NCBI RefSeq assembly: GCF_009834535.1
Contig: NC_045696.1
Coordinates: forward strand, 39,310,001-39,374,000
Direction: 5' to 3'
Length of the DNA stretch: 64,000 nt
From: Camelus ferus
Taxonomy: Eukaryota
Notes under the pieces: model-generated
Seen by the model: the letters and a program-made list of their open reading frames with translations, nothing else
What the model was told of the DNA's origin: nothing
The model's database searches: none
Made by a program: the position numbers and the translations under genes
Shown here: piece after piece, positions 14,106 through 27,609 of the stretch
Position numbering within the stretch: position 1 is the stretch's first letter
Layout: each line of letters starts with the position of its first letter

Positions 14106-15183
14106 TTTAATGATGAATTATGAATAGATTTTTGATATTTCTGTCAAAATTAACAGACTCAATTTGCAGAAGAGGTCAATAAGGATCACTGTGAGGACCA
14201 CCAAAAAAGTCACTAAGGTTTCTTGGTAGGATACTGAAAACAAGTTCACACATCCCAGGTCACTGGGGTGGAGGCAGGACTGGAATCAGTACTGCTTTTT
14301 CCCCAGAGCAGAGTATAGCTGTTACAAGAAGCATGAAGTCACAGCTAACCTCAAAATCCCTATAGTATAAAAAGGAAATTGTGTGTGCACATATAAAAAA
14401 AAGCACTGTGGATTGTACAACAGCCATTGCAAACTGTGCTGGGTACATAAGGAATGATTTAGAGTAGAGAAATTGTAAAGCAGAGTGATCTCGGGCATTT
14501 GGTTAAAACTTTATTAAGTACCATTATACATATACACTAAGCTTTACATAAAGGAAGAAAGGATCCAAATATATGGTAAAAATCAATAGGAATAATGGCA
14601 TGCACAAAGTTAGTCTTTAAAGAAACGGGTACGACACTGAGAAAAGGGATGAAAGAGGTAATAATCAATCAATTTAATTCTTTAGCTCTCTGAGTTTACT
14701 TTCTTTAAAACTGACTAGTCCTCTCATTAATCCTTAGTCAACTTCATGAAATTCCTAAGGTATAAATTTAACATATTTGTAGTATAATATTTTCAAACAT
14801 TCACACCACTGGGAGAGTATATGAACTTTATGCTCAATGAAAAACTGAATGTAGGAAAATTGATATAAAATTTATTTTAAGGATCTTTAATATAAAAACT
14901 AAAATTGGCATTATTTAGGAACAGTAAAGCAAATATGAGTATCCTAGATTTATTCACTATACTTGTATAAATTCATAAAGGCAATGGAAGAATCCTTCTT
15001 ATGAATCTCAAAATAGTCTTGTGAATTCTGAGTTAACAGAGTTGAGGTCATAGAATCTGACATGTTAGGAGAACAAATGTACCCTAGAGTTTTTTTACTG
15101 TATCACAGGAGACAAGAAGAGAAGCGTGGAGGAGAAACTATTCTTGTTGTAAAAAGAAAAATTTAAAGGGAAAATTATATATA

Positions 15184-15230
15184 TTCTAATTTAGATCTTA
15201 CATGTCCATAATTTCTATCTCAACAGACAG
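15184..15230 (+). promoter_or_regulatory. Probable 3' splice site preceding the OR coding exon
   Basis: Branch-like TTCTAAT (15184-15190), pyrimidine-rich ATTTCTATCTCAACAG, and candidate AGs at 15225-15226 and 15229-15230, shortly before the ATG at 15238. This is typical OR 5'UTR intron architecture. Confidence 0.6.
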
Positions 15231-15237
15231 CATAAAG

Positions 15238-16170
15238 ATGATGGAGAATAACCACTCCTTGACAACTGAATTTATCCTTGTAGGATTTACAGATCACCCA
15301 GAGCTGAGAACTCTTCTATTTCTGGTGTTCCTCACCATCTATCTTATCACTATGGTGGGGAATCTTGGCCTGGTGGCATTGATATTTATGGAGCATCGTC
15401 TTCACACACCAATGTACATCTTTCTCGGTAACCTTGCTCTGATGGATTCCTGCTGTTCCTGTGCCATTACTCCCAAGATGTTACAGAATTTCTTTTCTAA
15501 GGACAGAATGATTTCCCTCTATGAATGCATGGCACAATTTTATCTTCTCTGTCTTGCTGAAACTGCAGATTGCTTTCTCCTGGCATCAATGGCCTATGAT
15601 CGTTTTGTGGCCATATGTAACCCACTGCAGTACCACACCATGATGTCAAAGAAACTCTGCATTCAGATGACAACAGGGATCTACATAGCTGGAAACCTGC
15701 ATTCCATAATTCACATAGGCCTTCTATTTAGGTTAAGGTTCTGTGGGTCTCATCAAATCAATCACTTTTTTTGTGATGTTCTTCCATTATACAGACTCTC
15801 CTGTGTTAACCCTTATATCAATGAATTGATGATATGTATCCTTGCAGGGTCAGTTCAGACTTTCACTATTACCATAGTTATAGTCTCTTACCTTTTCATC
15901 CTTTTCACAATTTTCAAAATGAAATCCAAAGAGGGAAAAGGCAAAGCCTTATCTACTTGTGCATCCCACTTTCTCTCTGTCTCAATATTCTATGGTTCTC
16001 TTGTCTTCATGTACATTCGACCAAATTCAAATTCAGTTAATGAAGAAGATAAAGATATACCCGTTGCTATTTTTTATACTCTAGTGATTCCTTTATTGAA
16101 CCCTTTTATTTACAGTCTAAGAAACAAGGAAGTAATAAATGTTATGAAAAAAATTAGGAAGATAACATAA
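15238..16170 (+). CDS. OR5K3: Olfactory receptor, family 5 subfamily K (OR5K3-like), intact 7TM GPCR, 310 aa from the Met at 15238
   Basis: Uninterrupted ORF with the OR motifs GN (TM1), [38 protein letters not shown] and [15 protein letters not shown], plus an N-terminal NHS sequon. The C-terminal half resembles human OR5K3 as remembered; orthology needs a tree. The ORF-track Met at 15202 lies upstream of a likely splice acceptor. Confidence 0.93.
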   Translation: MMENNHSLTTEFILVGFTDHPELRTLLFLVFLTIYLITMVGNLGLVALIFMEHRLHTPMYIFLGNLALMDSCCSCAITPKMLQNFFSKDRMISLYECMAQFYLLCLAETADCFLLASMAYDRFVAICNPLQYHTMMSKKLCIQMTTGIYIAGNLHSIIHIGLLFRLRFCGSHQINHFFCDVLPLYRLSCVNPYINELMICILAGSVQTFTITIVIVSYLFILFTIFKMKSKEGKGKALSTCASHFLSVSIFYGSLVFMYIRPNSNSVNEEDKDIPVAIFYTLVIPLLNPFIYSLRNKEVINVMKKIRKIT

Positions 16171-16429
16171 TATTCTAAAACAAGTATCACTTCCTATGGA
16201 TAAATGATTTTAATAAAGATCCTTTTTCAAACTCAAGAAATACTGGGAAAGTGGGAGATGGCCACTTTGCATATAAAGTATTAAATTTCTAAAACATGAT
16301 GGTGTATGAGTCAAATAAATAAGTTCAGAAAGGAGAGATTCTGCTAAAATGTAAATGTATTACAAAATCTAAGTTACTAGGTTCCACCATGGGTGAACTA
16401 AATAATTACTAGATTACTAAATAATTAAT

Positions 16430-17055
16430 AGAGGTAATACATGATTCAGCAATCCTACCTGGGCATATATCCAAGAAGATGAAAATTCTAATTCCAAAAG
16501 ATACATGCAACCCAATGTTCACAGTAGCACTACTTAAAATAGCCAAGTCATGGAAGCAACCCAAGTTCGTAGCAACAGACAATTTGTCCAAGAAGAATTG
16601 TTATATGTGTATACACACACACACACACACATACACACAACAGAATATTACTCAGCCATAAACAAGAATGAAATAATGCCATTTATAGTGAAATGCCACT
16701 GACACTTGCACTAACATGGATGGACCTAAAAAATATTATTTTAAGTGAAGTTAGTCAGAGAAAGACAAGTATTGTATGATATTACTTACATGTGGAGTCT
16801 AAAAAAAATGACAACTGAATCTATATACAAAGCAGAAACAGACTCACAGAAATAGAAAACAAATTTATAGTTACCAAAAGGGAAAGGGGGGGATAAATTG
16901 GGAGTATGGGATTAAAAAATACAAACTACTATACATAAATAAGATAAGCAACAGGATTTACTGTACAGCATAGGTAAATATATTCAATATTTTGTAGTAA
17001 CCTACAATGGAAAATAATCTTAAAAAATATATATATATATATATATAAACTGAAA
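16430..17055 (+). mobile_element. L1 3' end just downstream of the OR
   Basis: KDTCNPMFTVAL...KSWKQPK and 3'UTR ending in (TA)n. Confidence 0.85.
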
Positions 17056-17299
17056 AAGTCTCTGTACATTGGTGATTTATCATTCTGTAGTTTGAAGATA
17101 ATTCTATTTATATGGACATCCCTAGAATTAGAAATACCATTAACCTGATTTCAATGAAAAGTACTAACATATGCTGAGCACTAGCAAAAAGTTGCAAGTA
17201 CTATTCAAGAATAAATCAGGCAGAATATAGTAAAAATTTAAATATCTAAACAAAAAATGTTTATTGATCCTTATATGTGCAAGTATGAAAGAAAAAATT

Positions 17300-17480
17300 C
17301 ACTCAGAACCTACCATCTGTTAGGCACTAATCTAGACTTTTCATATATATTACCTACCAATTTAATACACATAATTTTTCACCCTTTTCAACAAAGACTC
17401 ATACTTGGAAATATTGAGGAACTTGCCCAAGTTCATCCAGGTCATCCAGACTGAGCTAGAATTTGAATCAATACTGCTTT
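17300..17480 (+). mobile_element. MIR-like fragment (a second piece at ~19250-19315)
   Basis: AACTTGCCCAAG...GAGCTAGAATTTGAA and AACCCAGGCTATCTGGCTCCAGA...TCTTAACCACT resemble the MIR core and 3' end. Confidence 0.6.
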
Positions 17481-18479
17481 TTCCTCACATGCTTGGGAGT
17501 TCAGAAAATGGAGGTCCTTGTAGCCTGGAGTATTTAGGTCTTAAGTAGCCTCAGAAGTAAACTGTGCCTTTAAAAATAAAATTGGTATTTGGAGAACAAT
17601 AGGAATGGGTATGACCAGAGTCTATGTTTATGGCAATGAGTGTGGCACTGGGAGTTGGGGATGAGGGACAGGAACAATGGCACAAAGTCAGAAAGTGGAC
17701 AAACCTAACAGTGAGAGCTGTTGGTGAATGTGGGGGGAAAAAGTTAAAAGCAGATCAGGTTACTGAGTCTCTTAAATGCCACCTTAAGAAATCTAAATTT
17801 ATCTTAGAAGCATCAAAAACTAAAGTCTTCCTGGAACAAAGAAATACATATCTTTCAGAAGCCTGATCTAGTAATTGATTGGAAAGCCCTGAAGCAAGGA
17901 AACTAAATTCAATTCTTCATGTATTAGATAAGGAGAACTGAAACTGAAGAATACTCTAAAAGGAGAGGAGTGCACAGATATAAGCAACATTCAAAGAAAA
18001 AAGTAAGAAATTGTAACTGTTGGATAATAAAATGAAGATCTATCTCTTCCTGTGAGTATGAAACATGTCATAACTGATTTCATATCACCAATACTTAATA
18101 AGGAACCTGACATAGTTGGCCATTCAATAAATGTTCCCTTCAATAAGTGTTAATATAATTAAGTAATTATGTAATAGGCTTATTATTTTTATTTTTAATG
18201 AATTCATAAATACATATATTTTAATTTCTTGGTTTTAATCATTAACATTATAAATACCGATAGATTTAATCCACATAAACAAAACTCTTTATGGTCCTAA
18301 GACATTTTATGAGCAAAAGGGAATTTAGATACCAAAAATTTGGAGGAGCTCTGAATTACATAAATGTTGCACATTCTGTATCCACCCTCTATTTTACTGG
18401 ATATTTTTAGTTTTCAGACTTGCATGCATAGATTTTGTTTCCCTTTTCTAAGGGTATCACAATTTTTGTTAAGTATTTC

Positions 18480-18900
18480 TGCACCACCCACCCCAATCCT
18501 GGCAACACTGAATCCCAGAGGTCTGTTAAGGGAAGAATGTGTGATTTATTTGGGTCCAATGAGACAAAAGAAATGATTTTCTGAAAGTTTCTGGGAAATA
18601 TGTATCCTTTATTTGAAAAGATCCACAAAATAGGTAGCAGTTTCTCCCTCTGAATTTCATGGTGTGTGGATATGAAATCTGGCACAGTCTATGTCAATCT
18701 TGCCATTTAGAGGGGAAGCAGCCTGGAGATGAAGTCAATACATGAAGAAGGGCATAACTGAGGGAATCATGGAGAAACAGACCCAGAGTCACTGGAATAA
18801 ACTATTCCTGTGGTTTATAATCCAACAGATCTTCTTACTGCTTAAGCTTGTTTGAAAAAGATGCTTTATTTGCAAATGAATAAATATTAACTGAAATATA
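18480..18900 (+). mobile_element. Old MaLR (MLT1-like) LTR fragment
   Basis: GCCTGGAGATGAAGTCAA...GCTTAAGC...TTATTTGCAA...TAACTGAAATA resembles MLT1 3' ends. Confidence 0.45.
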
Positions 18901-21153
18901 CATATCTCCTGCTTTATCTCTCATTTTTTAATTGAAGCATCATCAAGTATAATTTCTGGTGTACAGCATAATGTTTCATCATACATATGCATACATATAT
19001 TCATTTTCATATTCTTTTTCATTACAGGTTACTACAAGATATTGAATATAGTTCCCTGTGCTATATACAAGAAATTTGTTTTTTATCTATTTTAAATTAA
19101 TCCTCACTCTTTAACTTTTCATCTGCATCCATTCAACTATTCAGCACATTTATTTGGTTTTACTTTTGCTGCATTATTTTAATTTCCCATAATTGCACTC
19201 TAAAAATATGAGGGGCAGAGATGTTCCATAATTTACCCACAGAAATACTAAGGTAAAGTTCAGGAACCAAACCCAGGCTATCTGGCTCCAGATTCCATGT
19301 TCTTAACCACTAATTTGTACTATATATATAACATAGCATAAAGAAGAACAAGTGGCATGAGAGGATAAGTTTCAAGAATTTAAGCTGTTAAGTGGGCAGA
19401 GGAATGGAGCAGAGATTCAAGAAAGATGTGGATTAATGACACTTTCCTCCAAATGTATTTTGAAAAGTTTCAAACCTAAAGAAAAACCGAGAAAATATCC
19501 ATGTATTTTTTAAACTAAGATTTAAAAATTGTTATACATTTAGTACAATTAATCCATTTAATTTGTATACATGTGTATGCGTGTACATGATGAATAGCAG
19601 TTTCCCTATAAACACTTCAACATACATCTCAAAAGAACGAAGACATTTCTTACATTATCAGAATATCATTATCACCAAGAAATTTAACATCACCTAATAA
19701 TAAAAAGTTCACAATCAATTTTTTCCAATTTTGCCAAAATTAGCCTCTATAGTGATTTATTTTCTTAATCAAGAATTCAATTAAAAGCCACTATGTACAT
19801 TCAGTTTTTATTATTATTTAGTCTCTTTTAATCAAGAAGGATCTTCTGCATTTTTTTTCCTTTCATGACATTTAAATTCTCAAATAGTCAGGTCACATGT
19901 CATGTAAAATATCCCACAATCTGCTATTTTATAACGTTCCCTCATGATTAATTCCAATTAAATATTTCAGCAATAATAGGTGTAATATGTTTTCCTTCTT
20001 GCTTCATGAGATCTGTTAACATCAATTTGTCTTGTTACTGGGGATGCTGACTTCGATAACTTGGTTAAGGCAATGTCTATCAGATATTTCCACGGTAAAG
20101 ATAACTTGCTTCCTTGCTAATTAAAATCTCATGTGTAGTGTGATACATTGAACCATGTGAATTTCCTGTTCATTAATAACTTTGCATAAATGTTTTGAGC
20201 ATCTAATCACAATCTTTGCTTGAAACAATTACTATATTTGAAGGTGGAAAACTGATGGTTATTTTCCCTCCAGTGTATCACCTGGCTTCATTCTGAAAAG
20301 AAGAGCTTTAACTCAAAGCCTTTTTCTTTAAATACATTTTTTAAATTTTATAACAGTTTTAGATTTGTAGACAATAACAAAGATAGAGAGTTCCCATATA
20401 TCACACACCCATTTTCCCATATCATTAATATCTTACATTAGTGTGGTACCTTAGTTATACTTAAAGAACCAGTAAGGATACATTATGATGAACTCTGTAC
20501 TCTATGCAGATTTCCATTTTTTTTTAACCTCATAGCCTCCTGCTCCAGAATCCCATTCAGGATAGCACATTGTATTCAGTCATCATTACTCCTTAGGTCT
20601 CTCTGAGCTGACAGTTTCTCAAACATTCTTTGTTTTCATATCCTTGTAAGTTTTGAGGAATACTAATTGCACATTTTGTAGACTGTCTCTCAGCTGAGAT
20701 TTCCCTGATGTTTTACATACGATTAGACGGAGGTGAGGTTTTGGAAGGAAGAGCACAGGGATAAATTGTCATTTTCACCATATTATTTCAGCGGTAAATA
20801 CTACCTTTATGACTTGTAACTCTTGATGACTTTGACCACAAGGCTGAGGGACTGTTTGCCAGGTTTCTCCACTCTTTCTTCAAAAGTTACTTCTAAACGT
20901 CTCTAAAGTTACTCTTTCTTCTCTTTCCTGTGTCTTATATTTCAGGAAGTCAGTATGCACAGCCCACACGTAGAGAGGAGCTATGTATGCACCACGTACT
21001 TGGGGCAAAATATCTACTTAAATTAGTTGGAATTCTTCTGCACAGATTTTTCTATTCACCTAATGTATTATATGTTCAATCATTTATTTACATTACTACA
21101 GATGCATGGATATTTATTTTTTTATTTGAGATATAATCAAGTACTACCTTTTT

Positions 21154-21155
<2 letters not shown>

Positions 21156-21194
<39 letters not shown>

Positions 21195-21326
21195 CAAATC
21201 ATTCTAGCTTTGACCATTGGGAGCTGTTTCCTTTGGCTCCAGTATCCCTTTGACATACTCCTATCCACAGTGTATATGCGGTAGTTTTTGTTTAGCTTTT
21301 TGTTGTTGTTGTTGTTGTTGTTGTTT
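21156..21326. repeat. Poly(T) run (21156-21191) and (TTG)n (~21300-21326)
   Basis: Seen directly in the sequence. Confidence 0.9.
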
Positions 21327-24300
21327 TTAACTCTCTGGCATTACAAGATGCTCCAGGGTCATCTTATATAATTCCTGCTCTAGTCCTAGAATCAGACATT
21401 TCTCCAAAAACCTCTAGTCCCTATTATTGGATAACGGTATTAGATGGGATTTCAAAATTGTAGAATAGACTACACTGTATAGCACAGAGAAATATACACA
21501 AAATGTTATGATAACTCACAGAGAAAAAAATGTGACAATGAGTGTGTATATGTCCATGAATAACTGAAAAATTGTGCTGAACACTGGAATTTGACACAAC
21601 ATTGTAAAATGATTATAAATCAATAAAAAATGTTAAAAAAAAAAAAAAACATGATACAGGCAATAGGTATGCTACCTGCTTGTGCATTGTCTTTGCTTCA
21701 AGGCCCACACAACTGGCAGAGTGATATGTGTGTATTTTTTGCTGTTTTACATTCCTGTCAGTGGTTGATATTTCTTTCTATTTTAATCATTCTTTTAGGT
21801 ATCACATTAATGCTTTTATTTAAAATTCTCTAATGACAAATAATTGTTGAATACCTTTTCACATGCTTGTTTTTCATCTGTACTTCATATTTGGTAAGAT
21901 GCCTCTTCAGATCTTTGGCCCATTTTTTTAAATTGGAGAGTTGCTTGTTGATTTTTCAGCATTTGTATATTTTTATGAAAGTCCCTTATCAGAATGTTTT
22001 GCAAATATTTTCTCACAGTCCTTGGTTTGTCTGTTAATACTTTAAAAGTATCTTTCATAGAGTTGAAGTCATTAATTTTATTATAACTTAAACTTAGTTT
22101 TTTCTTTCATAGACTGTTTTTTGTTTTGTACCTAAATTTCATCATCATCCAGAAGACTACATAAATTTTCCATGTTTTCCTGTCGAAGTTTTATAGCATT
22201 TCATTTTACATTTAGATCTATGGTCTATTTGGGGTTAAATTTAATAAAATGTGTAGAGTTGGCACCTAGGTTATTGCAGATGGAGGTCCAATTGTTCCAG
22301 GACCATTTATGAAAAGACCATCCTTTATTCATTGAATTGTCCTTTGCTCCTTTGTCAAAGATCAGATGTGTTTGTCTGGATCATTTCTGGGCTATTTTGT
22401 TCCCTTGTGTGTCTAGTCGTTCTAAAACTCCCTGATGTATTTATTACTGTAGTTCTAGAGTCAGGCTTGCATTCAAGAGTCCTTCAGTTGTATTCTTCTT
22501 CCTCTTCAGTATTTTATTGGATATTTCTGTCTTATGCCTTTCAATACAAACATTAGAACCAGTTTTTCAATTATGAATAATGCTGCTCTGAAGATTCATA
22601 TGTTTGTGTATGGACATATGTTTTCATTTCTCTTGTGTATATACCTTGGGGTGGAAATGCAGGGTCACAGATATAGTAAATTTTTTGTACCATTTTCAGA
22701 AACTCCTATACTGTTTTCCAAAGTAGCTCCACCATTTTACATTCCCAACATGAGTGCGTGAGGCTTTCAATTATGCCACATCAGCAACAGTACTTGTGAC
22801 TACTGTTGGCCTTTTTTATGACAGCTTTATATTTCATGTAAAGTGGTATCCTACTGTGGGTTTCACTGATTTCCTAGGCTAATAATGTTGAGCATCTTGT
22901 CATGAACTATTGACCTGCATCTTCTTTGGAGAAATGACTATTCAGAATCCTTTGCCATTTTTGTCATGGGGTAATTTGTGATTTTATTACTGAGTTGTAA
23001 GAGTCCTTTCTATTTTCTACATACAAGTTCATTTTCAATTTTATGATTTCCATATATTTTCTCTCACTCTGTTAGTTGTCTTTCTTGATGGCAGCCTCTG
23101 AAGCAAAAAAGGGCTCAATTCTGAAGAAGTCTAGTTTGTTTAACATATTGCCTGTGCTCCTGGTGTCATATTCAAGCAACAATTGCACAATACAATGTCA
23201 TAAATATTTACACCTATGTTTTTCTTCAGAGTTTTATAGATTTAGCTTTCACTCTTTAGAAATTTAATACAATATATGTTAACTTTTGTTTAGGTTTGGA
23301 AGCAGGGGTTCAACATCACTCTTTTGCATGTGGATATCTCATTGCCCCAGGACAATTTGCTGAAGAGACTATTCTTTCCCCCATTTAAATTATCTGGCTT
23401 TCTTGTCAAAAAATCAACTGCCCATAATTAGAGGGTACATTTCAGGAACCTCATCTGTTTTCCATTGATCTATAATGTTGAGCTTTGTGCCAGTACCAAA
23501 CTGTTTTGATTATTGTATGTTTCAAACAGGTTTTGAAATCAGAAGTATGAGTTCCACTGCTTTATTCTTCTTATTCAAGACTGTATTGGCTGTCTGGAGT
23601 CCCTATGAGTTATAGGATTAACTTAACAGTTTCTATAAAGAAGCAAGCTGGGATTTTCAGTTATTACCTTGCATCTGTAGATCAATTTGAGGTGCACTGT
23701 CATTTTAACAGTATCAAGTCTTCTGATCCATGAACACAAGATGTCTTTCCATTTATTTCTACATCCTTGAATTTCTTTCAACAATGTATTATAGCTTTCA
23801 GTATAAGTTTTGTACTTCTTTTCTTAGATGTGTTCCTAAGTATTTCCTCTTTGATGCTACCAAAAAGGGGATTCTTTTCAAAATTTTCTTTTGGTTGCTC
23901 ATGGCAAAGAGACAAAACACAATCAATACACATATATTAATCTGGTTTCCTGCAAGCTTGCCAACTTGTTTATTAGTTCTAACAGTTTTTTAAGTTGCCT
24001 CGTTAGGATTTTTTATGTACAAGATTATGTTATCTGCAGAAACAGGTACATTTTTCACTTCTTCCTTTCCATACTGAATGCCTTTCACCCCATATCTTGC
24101 CCAGCTGATCTGCACAGAAATTTCAACAATGTTGACTAGTAATGGCAAGAGCAGATATCCTCATCTTTATCTCAAGTTGGTAGGAAACTTTTCTGTCTTT
24201 TATCACTGAGTATGTTAGCTGTGAGTTTTTTAATAAGCGTCTTTTGTCAGGATTCATGAGTTCTATTCTATTTCTACTTTTTTTCTTTTTTTTAATAATG

Positions 24301-26731
24301 GAAGGGTGTTAAAATTTTGTGAAGCATTTTTCTTTCTCTTTGGAGATGCTGACATAGTTGTCCTTTTGTCTCTTGATATGATTTTATTTGATTCCTTTTT
24401 TTGAAGGTTAAATCACCTTGCATTCATGAAATAAAATTCACTTGGTTGTTATGTATAATCATTTTTTATATGTTGCTGGATTTAATAGTATTTTTAGAAT
24501 TTTGCATGTATATTCATAACACATATTGGTTTAGAGTTTCCTCATGATTTATTTGTCAGGCTTTGGTAAGAGAATAAATTTGTATTTATTTCTGTGGTAT
24601 CAGTTGTTACTTCTCCTCTTTAATTTCTTATTTCATTTATTTGGGTCCTGCATCTTCTCAGTGAACCTGGTGAATACAATTGTTTGTTAATTTTGTTTTC
24701 TTTTCAGAAAACAGCTCTTAGTTTTACTGACCTTTTCTATTCTTTTTCCTGTTCTATTTTATTTATTTCATTTCTGATTTTATCATTACCTTCCTTCTGC
24801 TCACTTTCAGGTTTATTCTTTCTTTCTAATTCTTTAAGGTGGTAGGTTAGGTTGTTTATTTGAGATTTCCTTGATTCTGGAAGGCCTGTATTGCTATGAA
24901 CTTCCCTCTTACTTGGTTTTACTGCACTCCACAGATTTTTTAAAGCTGTGTTTTCATTTTCATTTGTTTTGAATTATTTTCTGATTTCTCTTTTAATTTC
25001 ATCATTAAACGTTTGGCTTTTGAGTAGCATGTCATTTAGTCTCCATTTGTTTCTTCTTTTCCTGTTTTTTCTTTCTGTGGGTGATTTCTCATTTCAAAAC
25101 ATTTTGGCCAGAAAACATGCTTGAAATAATTTTTATCTTCTTAAACTTGTTGAGACTTGTTTTGTGACCTAGTATTTGGCCTATCTTAGAGGATGGTACA
25201 TGCACAATTGAAATGAATGTGTTTTCAGCTTTTCTACATGTAGTGTCCTATAGATATGATTTAGGTCCAATGTGTCTATTGTGTCATTTAGGACCTCTGT
25301 TGCATTATTTATTTTCTGTCTAGATAATCTGTCCATTGATGTCAATGGGGTGTTAAAAGCCTCCTACTACTATGATATTGTGAATTTCTCCCTTTATATC
25401 TGTTAGTATTTGTCTTATATATTTAGAATCCATTACTGGGTGCATTTATGCTAACAAGTGTAATATCCTCTTCTTGTATTGATCCATTTATCATTATATA
25501 ATGCTCTTCATTGTCTTTCATTATGGCCTTTGTTTTAAAGGACTGTTCGCTTTTAAGCTATTGAGTTATATGTATATTTGGATATTTTGGATCTTAGCCC
25601 CTTATCAGTAATATTATTTTCAATTATCTTCTCCCATTCAGTAGGTTGCCTTTTCATTTTGTTCATGGTTTCCTTTGCTATGCAGAAGCTTTTCAATTTG
25701 ATATAGTCCCACTTGCTTATTTTTACTTTTGTTGCTTTTGCTTTTGGTGTCAGATTAAAAAATCTTTGCCATGACTTATGTCATGAAGCTGATGACCTAT
25801 GTTTTCATCTAGGAGTTTTGTGTTGTCAGGTCCTATGTTCAAGTCTTTAATTCACTTAGAGTTAATTTTTCTATATGATACAAAATAGTGCTCCAATTTT
25901 ATTCTCTTCTATGTGGCTGTCCAGGTTTCTCAGTGACAGTAATTAAAAAAAAACTGTCCTTTCCCCATTCTATATTCTTGGCTCCTTCATCATAAATTAA
26001 TTATAACATATATGCATAGGTTTATTTCTGGGCTCTCTATTCAGTTCCATTGATTTATGTGTCTCTTTTATGCCAATATGCTGTTTTAATTACCGTAGCT
26101 TTGTAATACAGTTTGAAATTAGGGAGAGCGATGCCCCTGGCTTTGTTATTTTTTCTCAATATTGCTTTGAGAAATACTGCTTTTTTCCTTATTGTTTTCT
26201 GTATATCTCATGTATTTTTGTTCATCTAATTTTCTAATGCTTCATTAAGTGAGTATTTCCTAATGTAACATTTTAATTTCTTTAATAATTCACTCTTTCT
26301 AAATATCATATTATATCTTATCACATTTATATTGTATAGTTTTCTGTGATTGCTCTAGGGTTTAAACATACATCCTACCAGAATCAGCATCCAATTTATA
26401 CTAGCTTAACTCTAGCAATATATAAAAATGTTACACCTATATAACTCTTTTTACTTTCTTCCATTTTGTGGTATTAGTGTTATAACATATTATAGGTATT
26501 AATGTTTGAGACATATACAATATTATAATTTTCACTTTACAAATCTGTTGACATTTCCTTAGACCAATACATTTTGTTACAACTAACCTTCTTTGTGAGT
26601 TATTAGTAAATATATTGCACACATATTACATTTCTGTATGATACAAGTCTGAGATTTTATTATATACATATTATTTTTTGCAAATTGGTTTTTAAATGAA
26701 TCATGTGAAAAAAATTAAAACAGGCATTTAA

Positions 26732-26861
26732 GGTGAGAAGGGTATAGCTCAAGTGGTAGAGTACATGCTTAGCATGCATGAAATCCCAGGTTCAATCCTC
26801 AGTACCTCTTCTAAAAATAAATAAACCAAATTACTTCTCCTGCCCTGCCCACCCCCACCAA
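26732..26861 (+). mobile_element. tRNA-derived SINE (Vic-1-like)
   Basis: TAGCTCAAGTGGTAGAG ... GGTTCAATCCTC, with TSD AAAA(C/T)AGGCATTTAA at 26717-26731 and 26862-26876. Confidence 0.88.
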
Positions 26862-27609
26862 AAAATAGGCATTTAAACCATTATAATTGCTTAGTTATTT
26901 TACTAATGCTCTTTGGCTTTTTGCATGGATTTGAATTACTTCCTGTGCTACTTGCTTTCAGCTTGTAAATTTTCTTTAAATGTTCTTTAAATGTTCCCAT
27001 AAGGTACATCTGCTAGCAACAGATTCTCTGTCCGTGTTTATCTGAGTAAATTTTCAATTTGTACTTATTTTTGAAATATAGATTTACTGGACATGAGATT
27101 CTTGTTTGACAACATTATTTTCTCCCTGAGCACTACAAATATGTTATCCAACTGCTTTTAGCCTAAATTGTTTCTACTGAGAAGTCAGCGTTAAACTACT
27201 TGGGGTTCCCCAATAATTGATGGGTGATTTTCCCCTTGCTGTTTTCAAGGTTTTCTGTCTTTGAGTTTCAGCAGTATTACTATTATGTATTTCTTTATTA
27301 ATATGCTTGCATTTTATATTTTGAATATCTTAAACACCCTGGATATGTAAGTTACTGGTTTTGCAATAAATTTGGTAAGCTTTATCCCATTATTTCTTCA
27401 AAGTATTTGTTCTGCTTCTTTCTCACTTTCTTCTCTTCCTGGTACTCCTATATGCATATGCTGATGCATTTAGTGGCGTCCCTCATTTTTCTGATACTCT
27501 GTTGATTTTTCTTCATTCTTCTCTCTCTGTATCTTTTGAATTGCATAATCCCTATTAATATAGCTTCAAGTTAACTCATTCTACCTTTTGTCAGTTCAAA
27601 TCTACACAT

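Larger units (their letters stand above)
19440..27605 (-). mobile_element. Mosaic of old nested L1 fragments, mostly minus strand (includes a short young plus-strand L1 tail at ~21445-21650)
   Basis: Repeated T-rich reverse-strand ORF2, 3'UTR and ORF1 homology (for example 21760-24550, 24580-25540, 25550-26170, 26990-27600). Confidence 0.8.

Noticed and set aside
15202..15237. 12-aa N-terminal extension of the OR in the ORF track
   Set aside because: It lies across a likely intron 3' end. The Met at 15238/15241 gives the standard OR N-terminus with the glycosylation sequon.
15589..15606. MAYDRF instead of MAYDRY
   Set aside because: DRF is a common variant in intact ORs and is not evidence of loss of function.
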